This document shows, one piece after another, positions 1-12,037 of a stretch of DNA of 64,000 nt. Source of the DNA: Takakia lepidozioides (Eukaryota > Plantae > Bryophyta); assembly GCA_030704615.1 (NCBI GenBank), contig CM060732.1, positions 72,726,001-72,790,000 of the forward strand, given 5' to 3'. A program made the position numbers and the translations under genes. The notes below the pieces were generated by a model that was given only the letters and a program-made list of their open reading frames with translations, was not told where the DNA came from and searched no databases. The first letter of the stretch is position 1. Every line of letters starts with the position of its first letter.

Positions 1-656
1 TATCCAAAGGTTATTTTTTCCTCTTTGTATCCAAGGACATTTTATGTCCATTACCTATAAAGTTATGGAGGCCACTGTCCCCCCACTGTCCCTCTTTGTT
101 AACAAAAATAAAAAAAATAAAAAAAAAGACAACAATGGCTTCCATTCTATGAACCTAGAAACCTAATGAGAATTTAAATCAATTAATAATCTAAATATTA
201 TAATTGTATGATTTATTTTATTAAATTAAAATATTATTAAAAAACCTCTTTAGTCATGAAGTTATATACTCATGACTACATCATGGCATCATGGCATTAT
301 ATGATACGATATTCTTTCCCACGTGTAGGTCATATATGTTGTCCATGTGGACACATGTCACATCTGGAGTGCTACATGTGTCCCTCTGACGCCTCTCCAA
401 TGGAGTCATATACTTTGTAGACATGTAGTCATATAGTTAATCATATATAAATCATATAGTTGTGACTACATGGCTCTCTGCAGCTTGACTCCAGGTGCCA
501 CGCACGCAGTCACGGCTATGACTTGCAAAACGCAGTCCTAAAGACTAGTCACTATGACAGGGCTTTTTTCACTGCAGAGTGATGTAGTCATGAATGCATA
601 TAGGACTGAAAAAATAGTCATATGTGCAGTCATAAAAACGCTCATCTGTTGTAGTG
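1..656. mobile_element. Right terminus of a CACTA (EnSpm) DNA transposon
   Basis: Ends in CATCTGTTGTAGTG (643-656), the reverse complement of CACTACAACAGATG. About 8 subterminal TAGTCAT/ATGACTA motifs lie in both orientations at 250-632. The left end is outside the window. Confidence 0.75.
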
Positions 657-3142
657 GTTGAGATGTCACAAACCGCGGGGCCTTAGCCCTGGTGCTTGGT
701 ACCGTTGGAAAGCCCTTGATGAGGAGGGGTGCACGGGCTTGGTCTCATGATTTTTGGACCCGCGGTGTAGGAGATGTCGAGTTTCAAGTACTTTGGGTCG
801 CTGGAAATTTGGGAAAAATAGCAAAGTGGGCATTCATGGGACAATGGTTGGAGCCTCGACAGGAGAGATATCAAGGGAAAGGTCTCTGGTTCCAATTTGG
901 TCGTAGGCTCTTTGGAAAAAAAAAATGATTAGATATGTCTTGCTTCATATATTGATGCACTTGGACTTAGATGACATTGGACACTTGGGCCAACGGCACA
1001 TACTACCCTAGAGACGGGAGATATATCAATAATGATATGATATATTACTACTCAATAAATTCATGGAAAAAAATTAATCGGGCCTTGACATGGGAGACGT
1101 ACTTGGATACATAGGAGATTGCACACTAGGCTTAGATGGGCCTCGACATGGGAGACGCACATGGGAGATGCCTTTGGATACATAGGAGATTGCACTTGGG
1201 CTTAGATGACACTGGACACTTGGGCCAACGGCACAGGCTACCCTAGAAGGAAGCCAGTTTGTTTGTTTTGTCACGTTGAGATGTCCCAAACTGCAAGGCC
1301 CCAACCCTGGTGCTTGGTACCGTTGGAAAGCCCGACCTGCAGTGTGGGAGATGTGGAATTCCAAGTACTTTTAGTCGCTGGAAATTCTCAAAAAATAGCA
1401 AAAATGGCAAAGTGGGCATTCCTGGGACAATGGTTGGAGCCTCGACGGGAGAGATGTCAAGGGAAAGGTCTCCGGTTCAAATCTGGTCCTAGGCTCTCTG
1501 GAAAAAAAAAGAAAAAAAAGATCAGATATGGGATTGCACTTGGACTTAGATGACATTGGACACTTAGGCCTATACATGGGAGATGCACTTGGATACATGA
1601 ATAGAAGATTGCACTTGGATACATGAATAGAAGATTGCACTTGGGCTTAGATTTCAATTCTTCACACATGGCCAACGGCATAGGCTACACTAGAGGTCAC
1701 ACTTGGGCCTCAACATAGGAGACCAACTTGGATACATAAGAAATTGCACTTGGGCTTAGATTTCAATTCTTCACACATGAGCCGACGGCATAGGCTACAC
1801 TAGAGGTTGCACTTGGGCCTCAACATAGGAGACCTACTTGGATACATGTGAAATTGCACTTGGGCTTAGATTTCAATTCTTCACACATGGGCCTTGACAT
1901 AGGAGACGCTACTTGATACATAGGGGATTGCACTTGGACTTAGATTTCAATTCTTTAACTCATGGGCCAATGGCGCAGGCTACCCTAGGCCTAGATCTCC
2001 CAAACATAAGGGTCTCTAGATACATAGGGGATTGCACTTGGACTTAGATGACACTGGACACTTGGGCCAATGGCACAGGCTACCCTAGAGGTTGCATTTG
2101 GGCCTCGACATAGGAGGCGCACTTTGATACATGGGGGATTTGCACTTGGACTTAGATGACACTGGACACTTGGGTCTGATCTACATGGGAGATGTACCTG
2201 GATACATGAATAGAAGATTGGACTTGGGCTTAGATGGGCCTCGACATAGGAGACGCACATGGAAGACGCCCTTGGATACATAGGAGATTGCATTTGGGCT
2301 TAGATGACACTGGACACTTGGGACTCTACATGGGAGATGCACCTGGATACATGAATAGAAGATTGCACTTGGGCTTAGATGGGCCTCGACATAGGAGACG
2401 CATTTGGATACATAGGAAATTGCACTTGGCCTTAAATTTCAATTCTTCACACATGGGCCAACGGCAAAAGCTACACTAGAGGTCGCACTTGGGTCTCGAC
2501 ATAGGAAACGTACAGGGATACATAGGAAATTGCACTTGGTCTTAGATTTCAATTCTTTAAACATGGGCCAAAGGTACACTACCCTAGAGGGCTTAGATGG
2601 GCCTCGACATAGGAGGAATACATAGGAAATTGCACTTGGTCTTAGATTTCAATTCTTCCAACATTGGCCAAAGGTACACTACCCTAGAGGGCTTAGATGG
2701 GCCTTGACATAGGAGACGCACTGGGATACATAGCAAATTGCATTTGGACTTAGATTTCAATTCTTCACACATGGGCCAAAGGTACAGGCTACCCTAGAGG
2801 TCGCACTTGGGCCTCGACATAGGAGACGCACTGGGATATATAGCAAATTGCATTTGGTATTAGATTTCAATTCTTCACACGTAGGCCAAAGGTACAGGCT
2901 ACCCTAGAGGTCGCACTTGGTAGGAGATTACCCTAGAGGTCGCACTTGGTAGGAGACGCACTAGGATACATAGAAGATCTTACACTTGGGCTTAGATAAC
3001 ACTTGATACTTGGGCCAACAATACACACTACCCTATAGGTTGCATTTGGGCCATAACATAGGAGACGCACTTGGATACATACGGGATTGCACTTGGACTT
3101 AGATGACACTGGACACTTGGGCCAATGGCAAAGGCTACCCTA
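657..3142. repeat. Modular tandem repeat (satellite) with a ~110-bp unit built from CACTTGG-containing submodules, plus two copies of a longer segment
   Basis: TTGCACTTGGGCTTAGATTTCAATTCTT recurs at 1635, 1744 and 1854, with variants at 2738 and 2848 (109-110-bp spacing). Segment 657-1010 is repeated at about 1275-1560. Confidence 0.9.
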
Positions 3143-3575
3143 GTTCATCTTTACTAATTGGCAGAGAAAGCAAGGAATCATAATGATTCATAAAACTCAC
3201 TTTCTCTTTTTTTTTGGCATAACTCCGGACTTTTGCCAAGTCATGCCACGGATGCCACGGATGATGGCAGCCATGGCCGTGAATGGCCGTCATTCATGGA
3301 TTTCGCTCTTGTGAACGGTGACGAATGTTCAGAGCCATCTCCGTTCACGACGGCGCATGTCGTCATCCATCACCGTCCACGGTGACCGGCTTCGTGACCC
3401 ACCGCAGCGGCGAAGACACATTTGTGTCCCTGTCCTTGACCCTCCAAAATGCTTTCCATAGATATGTGCATTCTAGATGTAGAGATCAACTTAGTGGTTC
3501 TATTGCTTCTTGTCTACTGCTTCTTGTCCATTTTATACTTCTCAGATCTCTTGTTTCGATATCTACAAATGTAAG

Positions 3576-3861
3576 CAGTGTTTGTATTTCTGGCAAATTT
3601 TTGCAATATTTCGACCTCAAAAAAATAAAATGGAATACTTTGTCGTTAATTCCCTTTTCTTTGATGGATGAAATCGCCCAACTACTCCAAATAAAATATA
3701 AACTATGATGAATTTGCCAAATATGGATGATATACATGAATGAAAGTACAGCGGAGGATGATTGTATCCAAACGTCACTGGATAAACAGAAATTATGGCT
3801 ATTTCTTGCAAAACTCAGTAGCCACTCCTGTTATTTTCCAAATTTCAAATAAGATACACTG
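3576..3861. mobile_element. hAT-type MITE, diverged copy
   Basis: CAGTG...CACTG termini. Aligns along its length with 21059-21335. No TSD is recognisable. Confidence 0.7.
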
Positions 3862-4433
3862 CCTCAGAGATGAATGCATTCCTTGCCAAGTCTTCTTTTG
3901 TTACCAGGCGGCAAAAAACTGTTGAAAGATACATGAGACATGCAAATCATAGACATTCTGGCACTCAATTCAGACGGAGGAACTTGGATAAAAATCTCCC
4001 TTTCCCTGAGAGCTGGGCATTACAGTGAAGGTTTTTCTGCATGAGCACAGAAGATTCCTAGATTCTCAAAATCTGCTCGGACTTGACACAGAGCCCGCAA
4101 CGTTCGTATCTACTAAGTATGTAGCCGCAAAAGTATGACATTTCACTGAGTAAAGTGGTGGACCACTACACCTTACGTACTACTCTGCCTCACTTGTACA
4201 CAGAGTTTCTGCACTGTAGTTTGTACAGTAGTACACACGATGAAGTTTGATTAGTTTATGGAAAGAAGATAATGTAATACGACTCGGATACAGATGGATT
4301 GCTGATTGCAGTACTTTGATTCCTCGTTATTGTAAAGCCTTCCAAATGGATTTGATCAGAGCTTGAAAGATGCGCGCGTATCTTAATATGATAGAAGTTG
4401 GCAACTTAATGTGATTCAAGGTAGCTCGAGCAT

Positions 4434-5469
4434 TCATTGGACACATAGGCCCTTGGTGCCATCGATGCACTGGCCCACAAAATAACCGTCTTGGTAGTTG
4501 CCTGCCAAATTTAAGTATGACAGGAACACTATGGGGCATACTGTTTGGAAGTTGTTCACCTCCGCTGGATACTGGCAGGCAAATTCGTTGAAGGCCGCAC
4601 AACAAGCTGCATTTGGTGACGGTTTTGTAGAATTGCATACTCGAGTGACTGCTGTGTAGTTCATTGTCTGAAACTGTGTGACACATGCTGCATTCCCAGA
4701 TCAGAAGGGCGTTAGTTTCACAACCAGACGAGCCTCGTGACCATAGACGGGAACTTTAAAATCAACTCACTCTCGATTTACACAGCATTTGCTACCCTAT
4801 GTATGCATGAAAATCGAGTCCAGCCACCCAGCTGGCGAAGTAGATCCAAGCAGCGAGTTCACTAATTGCAGACCATCCTCCAGGTCGATGTGAAATACAA
4901 ACTTCCGAGTGTAAATCAAAGCTAAGGTGCAAGTCATGGGAGAGTGGGGAGGGCGCCTCACCAGGTGTAGAGGGCGTATTAAGAAGGTGCCGGTCCCGTT
5001 TTAAACCCAACTTGAACTCATAATCCCTGGCTGCAACAATATTCAACATCGGACAAACACAGGGTTTAACTCAGGACTCCGTACAAATTGTTGTACATGG
5101 AATGGCCCAGTACTAAGCATGAAACTGGACGTGTACATGTATACATTTGTTGGGACTAGGCACAATCTCAACCTGCAGCTGTTTTTCGAACCCAGGACAG
5201 AAACTGAAGTTGAAACTCGAGAGATGAAGCCGCGGTCCAAGTCAGCGGCGCAGAGATACTGACAAGGTTGAAGAGGTGTGCGGCTGGTCAGAAGTTCATG
5301 GAACGGTATGAAATCAACAGAATCTGTGTGAGAAATACGGCAACATGATATCTAGAGAACAAGAGGGAGATCAGAGATGCTCACCGCATGATGTCAGGGA
5401 AGGCAGAGCCGATAAGTAGACAATCAGGAGTACAAGACCCATCGTCCTGAGTTGCACGCACTTCGCCAT
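4434..5469 (-). CDS. LORELEI-like (LLG family) cysteine-rich secreted protein, 3 exons, no C-terminal GPI signal
   Basis: Exons 5469-5385 (signal peptide MAKCVQLRTMGLVLLIVYLSALPSLTSC), 5030-4962 (RHLL) and 4687-4434 (CVTQFQTMNYTAVTRVC...CCAAFNEFACQY...CPIVFLSYLNLAGNY..GYFVGQC...GLC). Introns are GT-AG and phase-consistent, and the 8-Cys LLG pattern is present. Confidence 0.85.
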
Positions 5470-6030
5470 TCGAAACTTCTGTGGAGGCAGCTCTACGGAT
5501 TTGGAACAAGAACTTAACTTAGAGCTCGTGCAAAGAGAGATTTATCAGCTTGTATCGGCAACGAAAGCTCGGAGATCCAGAGATATGAGGACTCGAAGGC
5601 AGAAGAGAGTTCAGCTCCGTGGAGTGAGCTGGGGAGCGGTGATGTAGGCTGCAAAGTCGGCTTGAGCAGACCACAGAGCCCAAAACTATTTATACATGAA
5701 GCGTTCGGAATACAATAAGAGAGGGAGATGGTCAACTGATAAATAATGAGGAGGCCACCATAGTAGTTGGCAGCACCGACCCACCAACCCTCTCTCGCCA
5801 GAGTCAACCCACCGCGGTCGGTGATGGTCAACACATCTGCATTGCTTCCATTGAAGCTACATTCATGCAGGGAAGGGCTCACCCACCATCGTCTCCTTCG
5901 CACACATCACTGTAAACTCGGCGCGTGATGGGCCGCGCCTCAACTCGGCTCCGTAGCATCCTTCCCTTCTGCGTTAGTCACCTCCAAAGTTCTCTTTTGT
6001 GTGCTGCTTGCCATGTCAGAAAACAGAGGT

Positions 6031-6920
6031 GGGTGAGTATTACTTTTTCTAATACCAGCCGGGTCTTGATATCGAAATATATTTTTCCTTCTAATACCGA
6101 CCTGTTCTCTGTTCCTTAATATTAGATCTTCATGGATTTTTTAGAAGCATGATTTTTGATTTGCGGACAGGCATCAACAGGACAAATTCCAATGATAATA
6201 CCAGTGTTGGGCGGATATAGGATCATGCAGATATAGGACCCGGAACCGGCCATTTTTAGCATCCGGGTAGCAGATATGAAAATACTAAAACAAAATTCCA
6301 TACCTGGTGTAATACCCGACGGATATCCGACCAATACCCCTCGATACCTGGCGGATCTCAGTCCTAAACTTAATAACTGGATGCATACTGGATCCAAACC
6401 TGTGGATATCTAAAACCAAAATTTTAATACCCGGAACCATCGGATATGATAATACCAGCCGACCGACCTAATACAAATAATTAATAAATAAAAAAGAGTG
6501 GCAGCCAAACACCTTCAATTTACAAGCATTCGGTACCTGATTTCTCAAAGAAAAACATTATGTTGCAAAAGCCCAAGTTCGCATTGCATCACTTGTGCAC
6601 ATTTTGTACATATATGCAGAAATCAGTCAAGAAAACTGAGATTCGGTTGGAGACCCAGCTGTGCGGTAGTCATCTGTGACGTCGACCTCGGCCATTGCAT
6701 CAAACAGTCCATGTCTACAAAGGAAGCCTAAACTCTCAAGAGGCCAAAAAAAATGCTTAGGGTTGATACGTTGATACTTGATACCTTGCGCATGGTCTTA
6801 TTATTTGGCCCTGATACAGGTATTGCTAGGGTATTGCCTTTGCAAATACCAGCCTACGTAGGGTCCTCACAACATTAGTATCACAAAAAAAAATACCAGC
6901 CCGGTTCTTTCAATACCATG
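6031..6920. mobile_element. Degenerate non-autonomous DNA-transposon/MITE-like remnants (6031-6480, 6760-6920)
   Basis: Dense ATACC/GGTAT and CCGG subrepeats in both orientations. Termini not resolved. Confidence 0.35.
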
Positions 6921-7321
6921 GTTGACTGGCTGATAGCCTGCGAGACCCTGTAACACCGCTCCCTAAATTTTCATGGATCTGTTTCATTGCTAAAGAAGAT
7001 ATGACCAGTTTGTTCCTGAAATTTTGTTCAAGTGTCAACCTTCACCTCTTCATGCACATTAACTCTGCCTGTGTGGTGTCAACAGCCCTTGACAGAGGGT
7101 ATGATCTTGCACCAGATATCGTTGACTACCCATGTGGCTAACTGCAACAATTTCTGCAAGGGAAAAGCCCTATGCCAAGTATCTGAGCCAACAAGAAGGA
7201 AACAAATGTGCCTGATTTCTTCCCACCAAGAATTAGAAGGTCAGCCAGAGATTTCCATCCCAGACATCCACAGCCAACAACAATCCAGTTGAGTCCAATG
7301 TGGCCATGCACTTTCTTTCAT

Positions 7322-9583
7322 TTACCAGTAATCCCCACAAGAACAAACTCCATCTTCGAAGTGGTGAAAGCAGCTGGCATCCCTGACGACAACTGATCGC
7401 CTGAGAATCTTTGAGATGAACTTGGTGGCAGTATGGCAGTCACCACAAATCCGCAGGTTCTTGCTTACACGGAGAGGCGTACCTGAAGGTGTGCTGATCA
7501 GCCCAAAAGCAATGGCCAGCTTCTCACTGTGGTGGCAAAGAGAAGATTCTTTTTGCTCCTCCTCCACATCATGCAATACAAAGCGTGTATCAGGCACATA
7601 CCCTGCCTCATTCATCTGGTCGGACAATCTCTTCAGCTCAGCATGGATTTCCTCAATTTGTGGATGCAAACTGTCCTCCACAATGAAGGTATGCACCCGA
7701 TTGTCCACCTCAATGGTGCTGCACCCTGGCTCCTTTTTGAAACCTCTGTCCTCCATTAATTGTCTCACCTTGGCTGTATCGCCCGACCTGCCAGCCGCAG
7801 CATAGATGTTCGATAGCAGCACATAAGCAGAAGCATGCTGTGGATCACAGTTGAGAAGGCATTGTGCTGCACGTTCTGCTAGTTTAGCATTCCCATGAAT
7901 TCTGCAGGCAGCAAGCAAGGTCCTCCACACGCCAGCATCTGGTTCCAGTGGCATTTTGTTAACGAAGTCCTCTGCCTCATCCAATCGCCCTGCACGGCTA
8001 AGGAGGTCCACCATGCAGCCAAAATGCTCCACTGTAGGAGTAAGGCCATGATCTCGACTCATGGAATCAAAGTAGTGACGACCTTCATCCACTAGGCCCA
8101 CATGACTGCATGCAGAGAGAAGGCCTATAAAGGTGATAGTGTTTGGCTTCAAGCTTTCCTGTTGTATTTCTTCGAAAAGTTGGAGGGCCTCTTTACCACA
8201 CCCATGCTGACCATATCCTGCTATCATTGCACTGCATGAGACCACATCTTGTTGCGCCATGTTGTTGAACACTTGACGTGCATCTTTCATGTTTCCACAT
8301 TTAGCATACATGTTGACAATGGCGGTCTCAAGAATGATATCTGGTGCAATTCCAGCTTTGACAATGTCTGCATGGACCCCTTTACCGAATTCCAGAGCTG
8401 CCAGACTGGAACACGCATTGAGAATACAAATGAATGTGATCCTATTGGGCATGGCCCCTTCCCGTCTCATTTGCTCATAGATCTTGAAAGCTTCCCTACT
8501 ATACCCATGCTGAGCATATCCTGCAATCATTGCATTCCATGAGACCACATTTCGTTGGGCCATACTGTCAAACACTTGACGTGCATCCTTTATGCTCCCA
8601 CATTTGGTGTACATGTCAGCAAGGGTCTTCTCCAAATCAGTATGTAGCCCATGTCCAGCCTTAACGATGTCAGCATGGACCTCTTTGCCCTTCTCCAGGT
8701 CTCCTAGGCTGGCACACACATTAATTATATAAATGAATGTGACCTTGTCAGGTGTCACCCCTTCCTGGATCATTTGCTCATACATTTCAATAGCCTCCCT
8801 ACAACACCCATGCTGAGCATAGCCTCCGATCATTGCATTCCATGAGACCACATTTCGTTCAGCCATATTGTTGAATACTTGGCGTGCATCCTTTATGCTC
8901 CCACATTTCGCATACATATCAGCAAGGGTAGTCTCCAGAACGACATCTGGCGCAATCTGAGCTTTGATGATGTCAGCATGAATCTCTTTGCCCTGTTCTA
9001 GGGCTCCTAGGCTGGCACATGCCTTGACTATAGAAATAAATGTGACCCTGTTGGGCATCACCCCTTCCTGTATCATTTGCTCATACATCTCAAAAGCCTC
9101 CCTACCAGAATTGTGCTGCACATATCCTGCCATCATTATAGTCCACGTAAACACATCTCGTTCAGGCATACTGTTAAAAATGAGGCGTGCATCCACCATG
9201 CTCCCACACTTGGCATGCATGTTGACTAGGGCGTTAAGAAGAAAAATGTTTGGCTTGAATCCACATTCAATAATGCGGGCATGCACCTGCTTTCCCATTT
9301 GAAGGTCTTTAATTTTGATGCACTCCTGCAGGAGACACACGTAAGTTTTGGAGTCTGCTGACATGCCTGGTTGGTTCAAAATGTGCAGCACCTCTTGCAG
9401 TTGACCAGACTTACATAATGTCCTCATGTTCTCACAAGTGACAGAACAGTTTTGCTTGACTCCCTCTCTTGGTCCTTCTTCTGCAGTGGTCACAGTGGAG
9501 GTTCCCAATTCAAGCTGTGCTTGATTCAATGCTGCCATCCTGCATGAGCCAAAATTCATAGTTGCAGACCTTTGTAGAGACAT
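7322..9583 (-). CDS. PLS-class PPR protein with E1-E2-DYW deaminase domain (organellar C-to-U RNA editing factor)
   Basis: Intronless 753-aa ORF with P-L-S triplets, PG box (KKEPGCSTIEV), HSEKLA, CGDCH and terminal CSCGDYW. Confidence 0.95.
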   Translation of the reverse strand: MSLQRSATMNFGSCRMAALNQAQLELGTSTVTTAEEGPREGVKQNCSVTCENMRTLCKSGQLQEVLHILNQPGMSADSKTYVCLLQECIKIKDLQMGKQVHARIIECGFKPNIFLLNALVNMHAKCGSMVDARLIFNSMPERDVFTWTIMMAGYVQHNSGREAFEMYEQMIQEGVMPNRVTFISIVKACASLGALEQGKEIHADIIKAQIAPDVVLETTLADMYAKCGSIKDARQVFNNMAERNVVSWNAMIGGYAQHGCCREAIEMYEQMIQEGVTPDKVTFIYIINVCASLGDLEKGKEVHADIVKAGHGLHTDLEKTLADMYTKCGSIKDARQVFDSMAQRNVVSWNAMIAGYAQHGYSREAFKIYEQMRREGAMPNRITFICILNACSSLAALEFGKGVHADIVKAGIAPDIILETAIVNMYAKCGNMKDARQVFNNMAQQDVVSCSAMIAGYGQHGCGKEALQLFEEIQQESLKPNTITFIGLLSACSHVGLVDEGRHYFDSMSRDHGLTPTVEHFGCMVDLLSRAGRLDEAEDFVNKMPLEPDAGVWRTLLAACRIHGNAKLAERAAQCLLNCDPQHASAYVLLSNIYAAAGRSGDTAKVRQLMEDRGFKKEPGCSTIEVDNRVHTFIVEDSLHPQIEEIHAELKRLSDQMNEAGYVPDTRFVLHDVEEEQKESSLCHHSEKLAIAFGLISTPSGTPLRVSKNLRICGDCHTATKFISKILRRSVVVRDASCFHHFEDGVCSCGDYW

Positions 9584-10429
9584 TCAGGTGATCTCAAAGC
9601 TCCGAGATGCCTTAACAAAAACCTCTCCATGAGGAACCAGGACAGGCTCCTCTCTACATGTCGGAGGGGTTACAAAACTACCGTAGTCACTTGAAAGAAT
9701 TGGGTTATAAATTCTCTCTCTTTCAGTTGGAACCCTTTCAAAACAATCCCACTGTAATCTTGGCCTGAAGCTCCCTGGAGTGCATCCACATACCAGATTT
9801 TGCTCGTATCATGGCAGATAGCTCTGCATACACCTAGGAAGTTTCGACCAACCCTTAGTCCAAAAGATCGCATTTGTGCAGGTATGGCTGACGTCTGGCA
9901 ATCTTTGATAATTCTGTGAAAAGCACCAGTGGCCAGCTGAGCAGCCATATCCTTAACCATAGCCTCATATATACCACTTTTCATGCGACAGAGCAAAATT
10001 GGGACTTAGCATCAGGGTCTACAATCTAATCCGTAAAACATCACAAGCCCTTCTTCAAAGACTCTTTCAAGTCACCTTGTCAAACTTGTCGTCACACCAT
10101 TGTAATGCAACTGAGAAGAACTCCTGCCAGAGCCGTTCTTCACTCATTGCTGGGCGCAAGCACACAAGAGCATCAGTACTTTGCGAGCTTCCGATTGTGT
10201 CAGTCACTCTCGAGGAGTGCACATGAATCTCCAGCAGATCCTCGTTGGACTGTGTCTTACTGAGAAACATTATCTTTAATCGCCCTTTCTTTATGTCTCT
10301 CTACTAAGTCCATGGCCCTTTGGCTTCCCGGGGCAGATATTCTCTTGCATTCCGCTTTCTTTTGTCCCATAATCTCCTCGTTGAGCTTTCAGCTCCTCTT
10401 GCACTTCTCGAACTTGTAGCGGGGATCCC

Positions 10430-10680
10430 TATCATAATTCTGACGACGACGATGACGTGGCTATGATGATGTAGCGATGATGACGTGGTTATGATGATGT
10501 GGCGACGATACGCGACGACGAATCAAGCTACCATACTTCTTTGCATCACAACCAAACTTACTATCTACTATGGGTCTCTCAAGCTGTGGACCCAGAGTAA
10601 CGAGAATACATGTAGGTGGCTACGACGACCCTCATCCCTCAGCCCTTCATGTAGAAGAGCTCACCGTTATCGTTCTTGAG
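10430..10680. mobile_element. Fragment of the LTR-like family seen at 27804-29600
   Basis: GATGACGTGGCTATGATG-type short tandem motif shared with 29500-29545. Confidence 0.4.
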
Positions 10681-11041
10681 ATTATCTTTATGACTCGAAG
10701 TTGCAAATAAGGTCTGTAATCAGAATGCCAAAACTTCTGCTGAGTCCAAAGAAGATTATAGATAGCCAGCTTAAGGGGTTGACGACTGCTTAAGTACACT
10801 GAAATTCATAACACTACCCATCACATTGCCCACGATCGTACATCGTAACATGGGCAGTGTTGATCAAGGTTGCGCTCTGTGCTGCATGAAGTTGCCTCAG
10901 TTACACAGGAAAAATGCAAGTTTGTAGAATGATGGAATGGCACCAAACCCTCTCTGTGTTTGTCATTAAAGTTGCCCGTCACTTATTAAGCCTCTTCACT
11001 GAGGACCTCCAGGGTGTCCTTTTGAATATGCATAGGGGTTG

Positions 11042-11307
11042 CTAACTAGAAATGACACCAATGACATTGGAAGAAAGAGAGTGAAGGGCGAGAACGGGAT
11101 CGCTGCCAGTTCGACGAAGAAATCCAAGACACACATCCAGCAATGCTACAAACTGCCAAGCTCGAGCATCTTCCATATCAATTTCTCTGTGTATGCTACG
11201 CATGGTCTCTGAGCATAAAGGCTCTTGGTGAATGGCTTCCGCCACGTCAGAGAGAATAGTTGCATGCCGATGAAAAGCTTCATGCTCATATGCAAACTCG
11301 ATCCAGC
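11042..11307 (-). pseudogene. Isolated exon resembling the RNF213/mysterin C-terminal region
   Basis: QEPL...I..E.D....LLDVCLGFLRRTGSDP resembles the recalled RNF213 C-terminal motif (..EVTLGFLSTAGGDP). It follows a ttgtcag acceptor and the frame ends soon after the motif. Confidence 0.4.
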
Positions 11308-11317
11308 CCTGACAATG

Positions 11318-11435
11318 CAAATGAAATGAAATGGTACTTTATAACGTCCGCGGAAAGCTCAAAGAGCTTATGGGACAAAATGGGAAAAACGAAGAAATAA
11401 AATGAAATGAAATGGTACATTATGACGTCCGCGTT
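11318..11435 (-). mobile_element. Two stacked 3' ends of the (CATTT)n-tailed LINE family
   Basis: AAATGAAATGAAATGGTAC..ATAACGTCCGCGGAAAGCTC..GAGCTTATGGGACAAAA, matching the 3' UTR at 37684-37790. Confidence 0.8.
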
Positions 11436-12037
11436 ATCTTTACCCACCCTTCATGACCCCAAGGTCATGATTGCTAGGACAGCATCCATTTCACCCATGT
11501 ACACATCCGTAGACTTTGCTGGCGGCAGACCGCGCACAACTTTTAATACATAATGGAAGAGACTGACATCTTCTAAGCAATTTTGAAAGAAATCGGTTTC
11601 ACCTGTAGGAAGACAGGAAAGTTCCTCTGTAGATTGAAGAGCTTAGGCCAGCTTTGACACCGATCCCAGTTTTACAATCACACTATAAGAGGAGTTTTCA
11701 AATTCTACACCACTACAATGTGAGCACCCACATGTTGAGCTGCAATCCATGAACACCAACAGCCTTCCCTTCAGTCATACTACATCTTGTGACAAATCAT
11801 GTTTGTACGTGAATCTAAGGCTTTCTATGAATCTGCATTGCAAGAATCTTCATCCTCATCCAGTATATACAAAGGAACAGACTTGCCTCTGTTTAGAAGT
11901 ATAAGGCCTTGCCCATGCATAATCCAGAAGCCTAATCCATTGTATGAATGAAGTAAAAATTACAGGGAAGATTAGAAGACTAAATCCTCTACGCAAATTG
12001 GGCGCCCTCTTCTCTCCCAAACAGACAGCAGGTCCAG

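Noticed and set aside
657-3142. CRISPR-like array or short ORFs in the satellite
   Set aside because: The segments between repeats are themselves repeated rather than unique, there are no cas genes, and the context is eukaryotic. The ORFs are by-products of the repeat.
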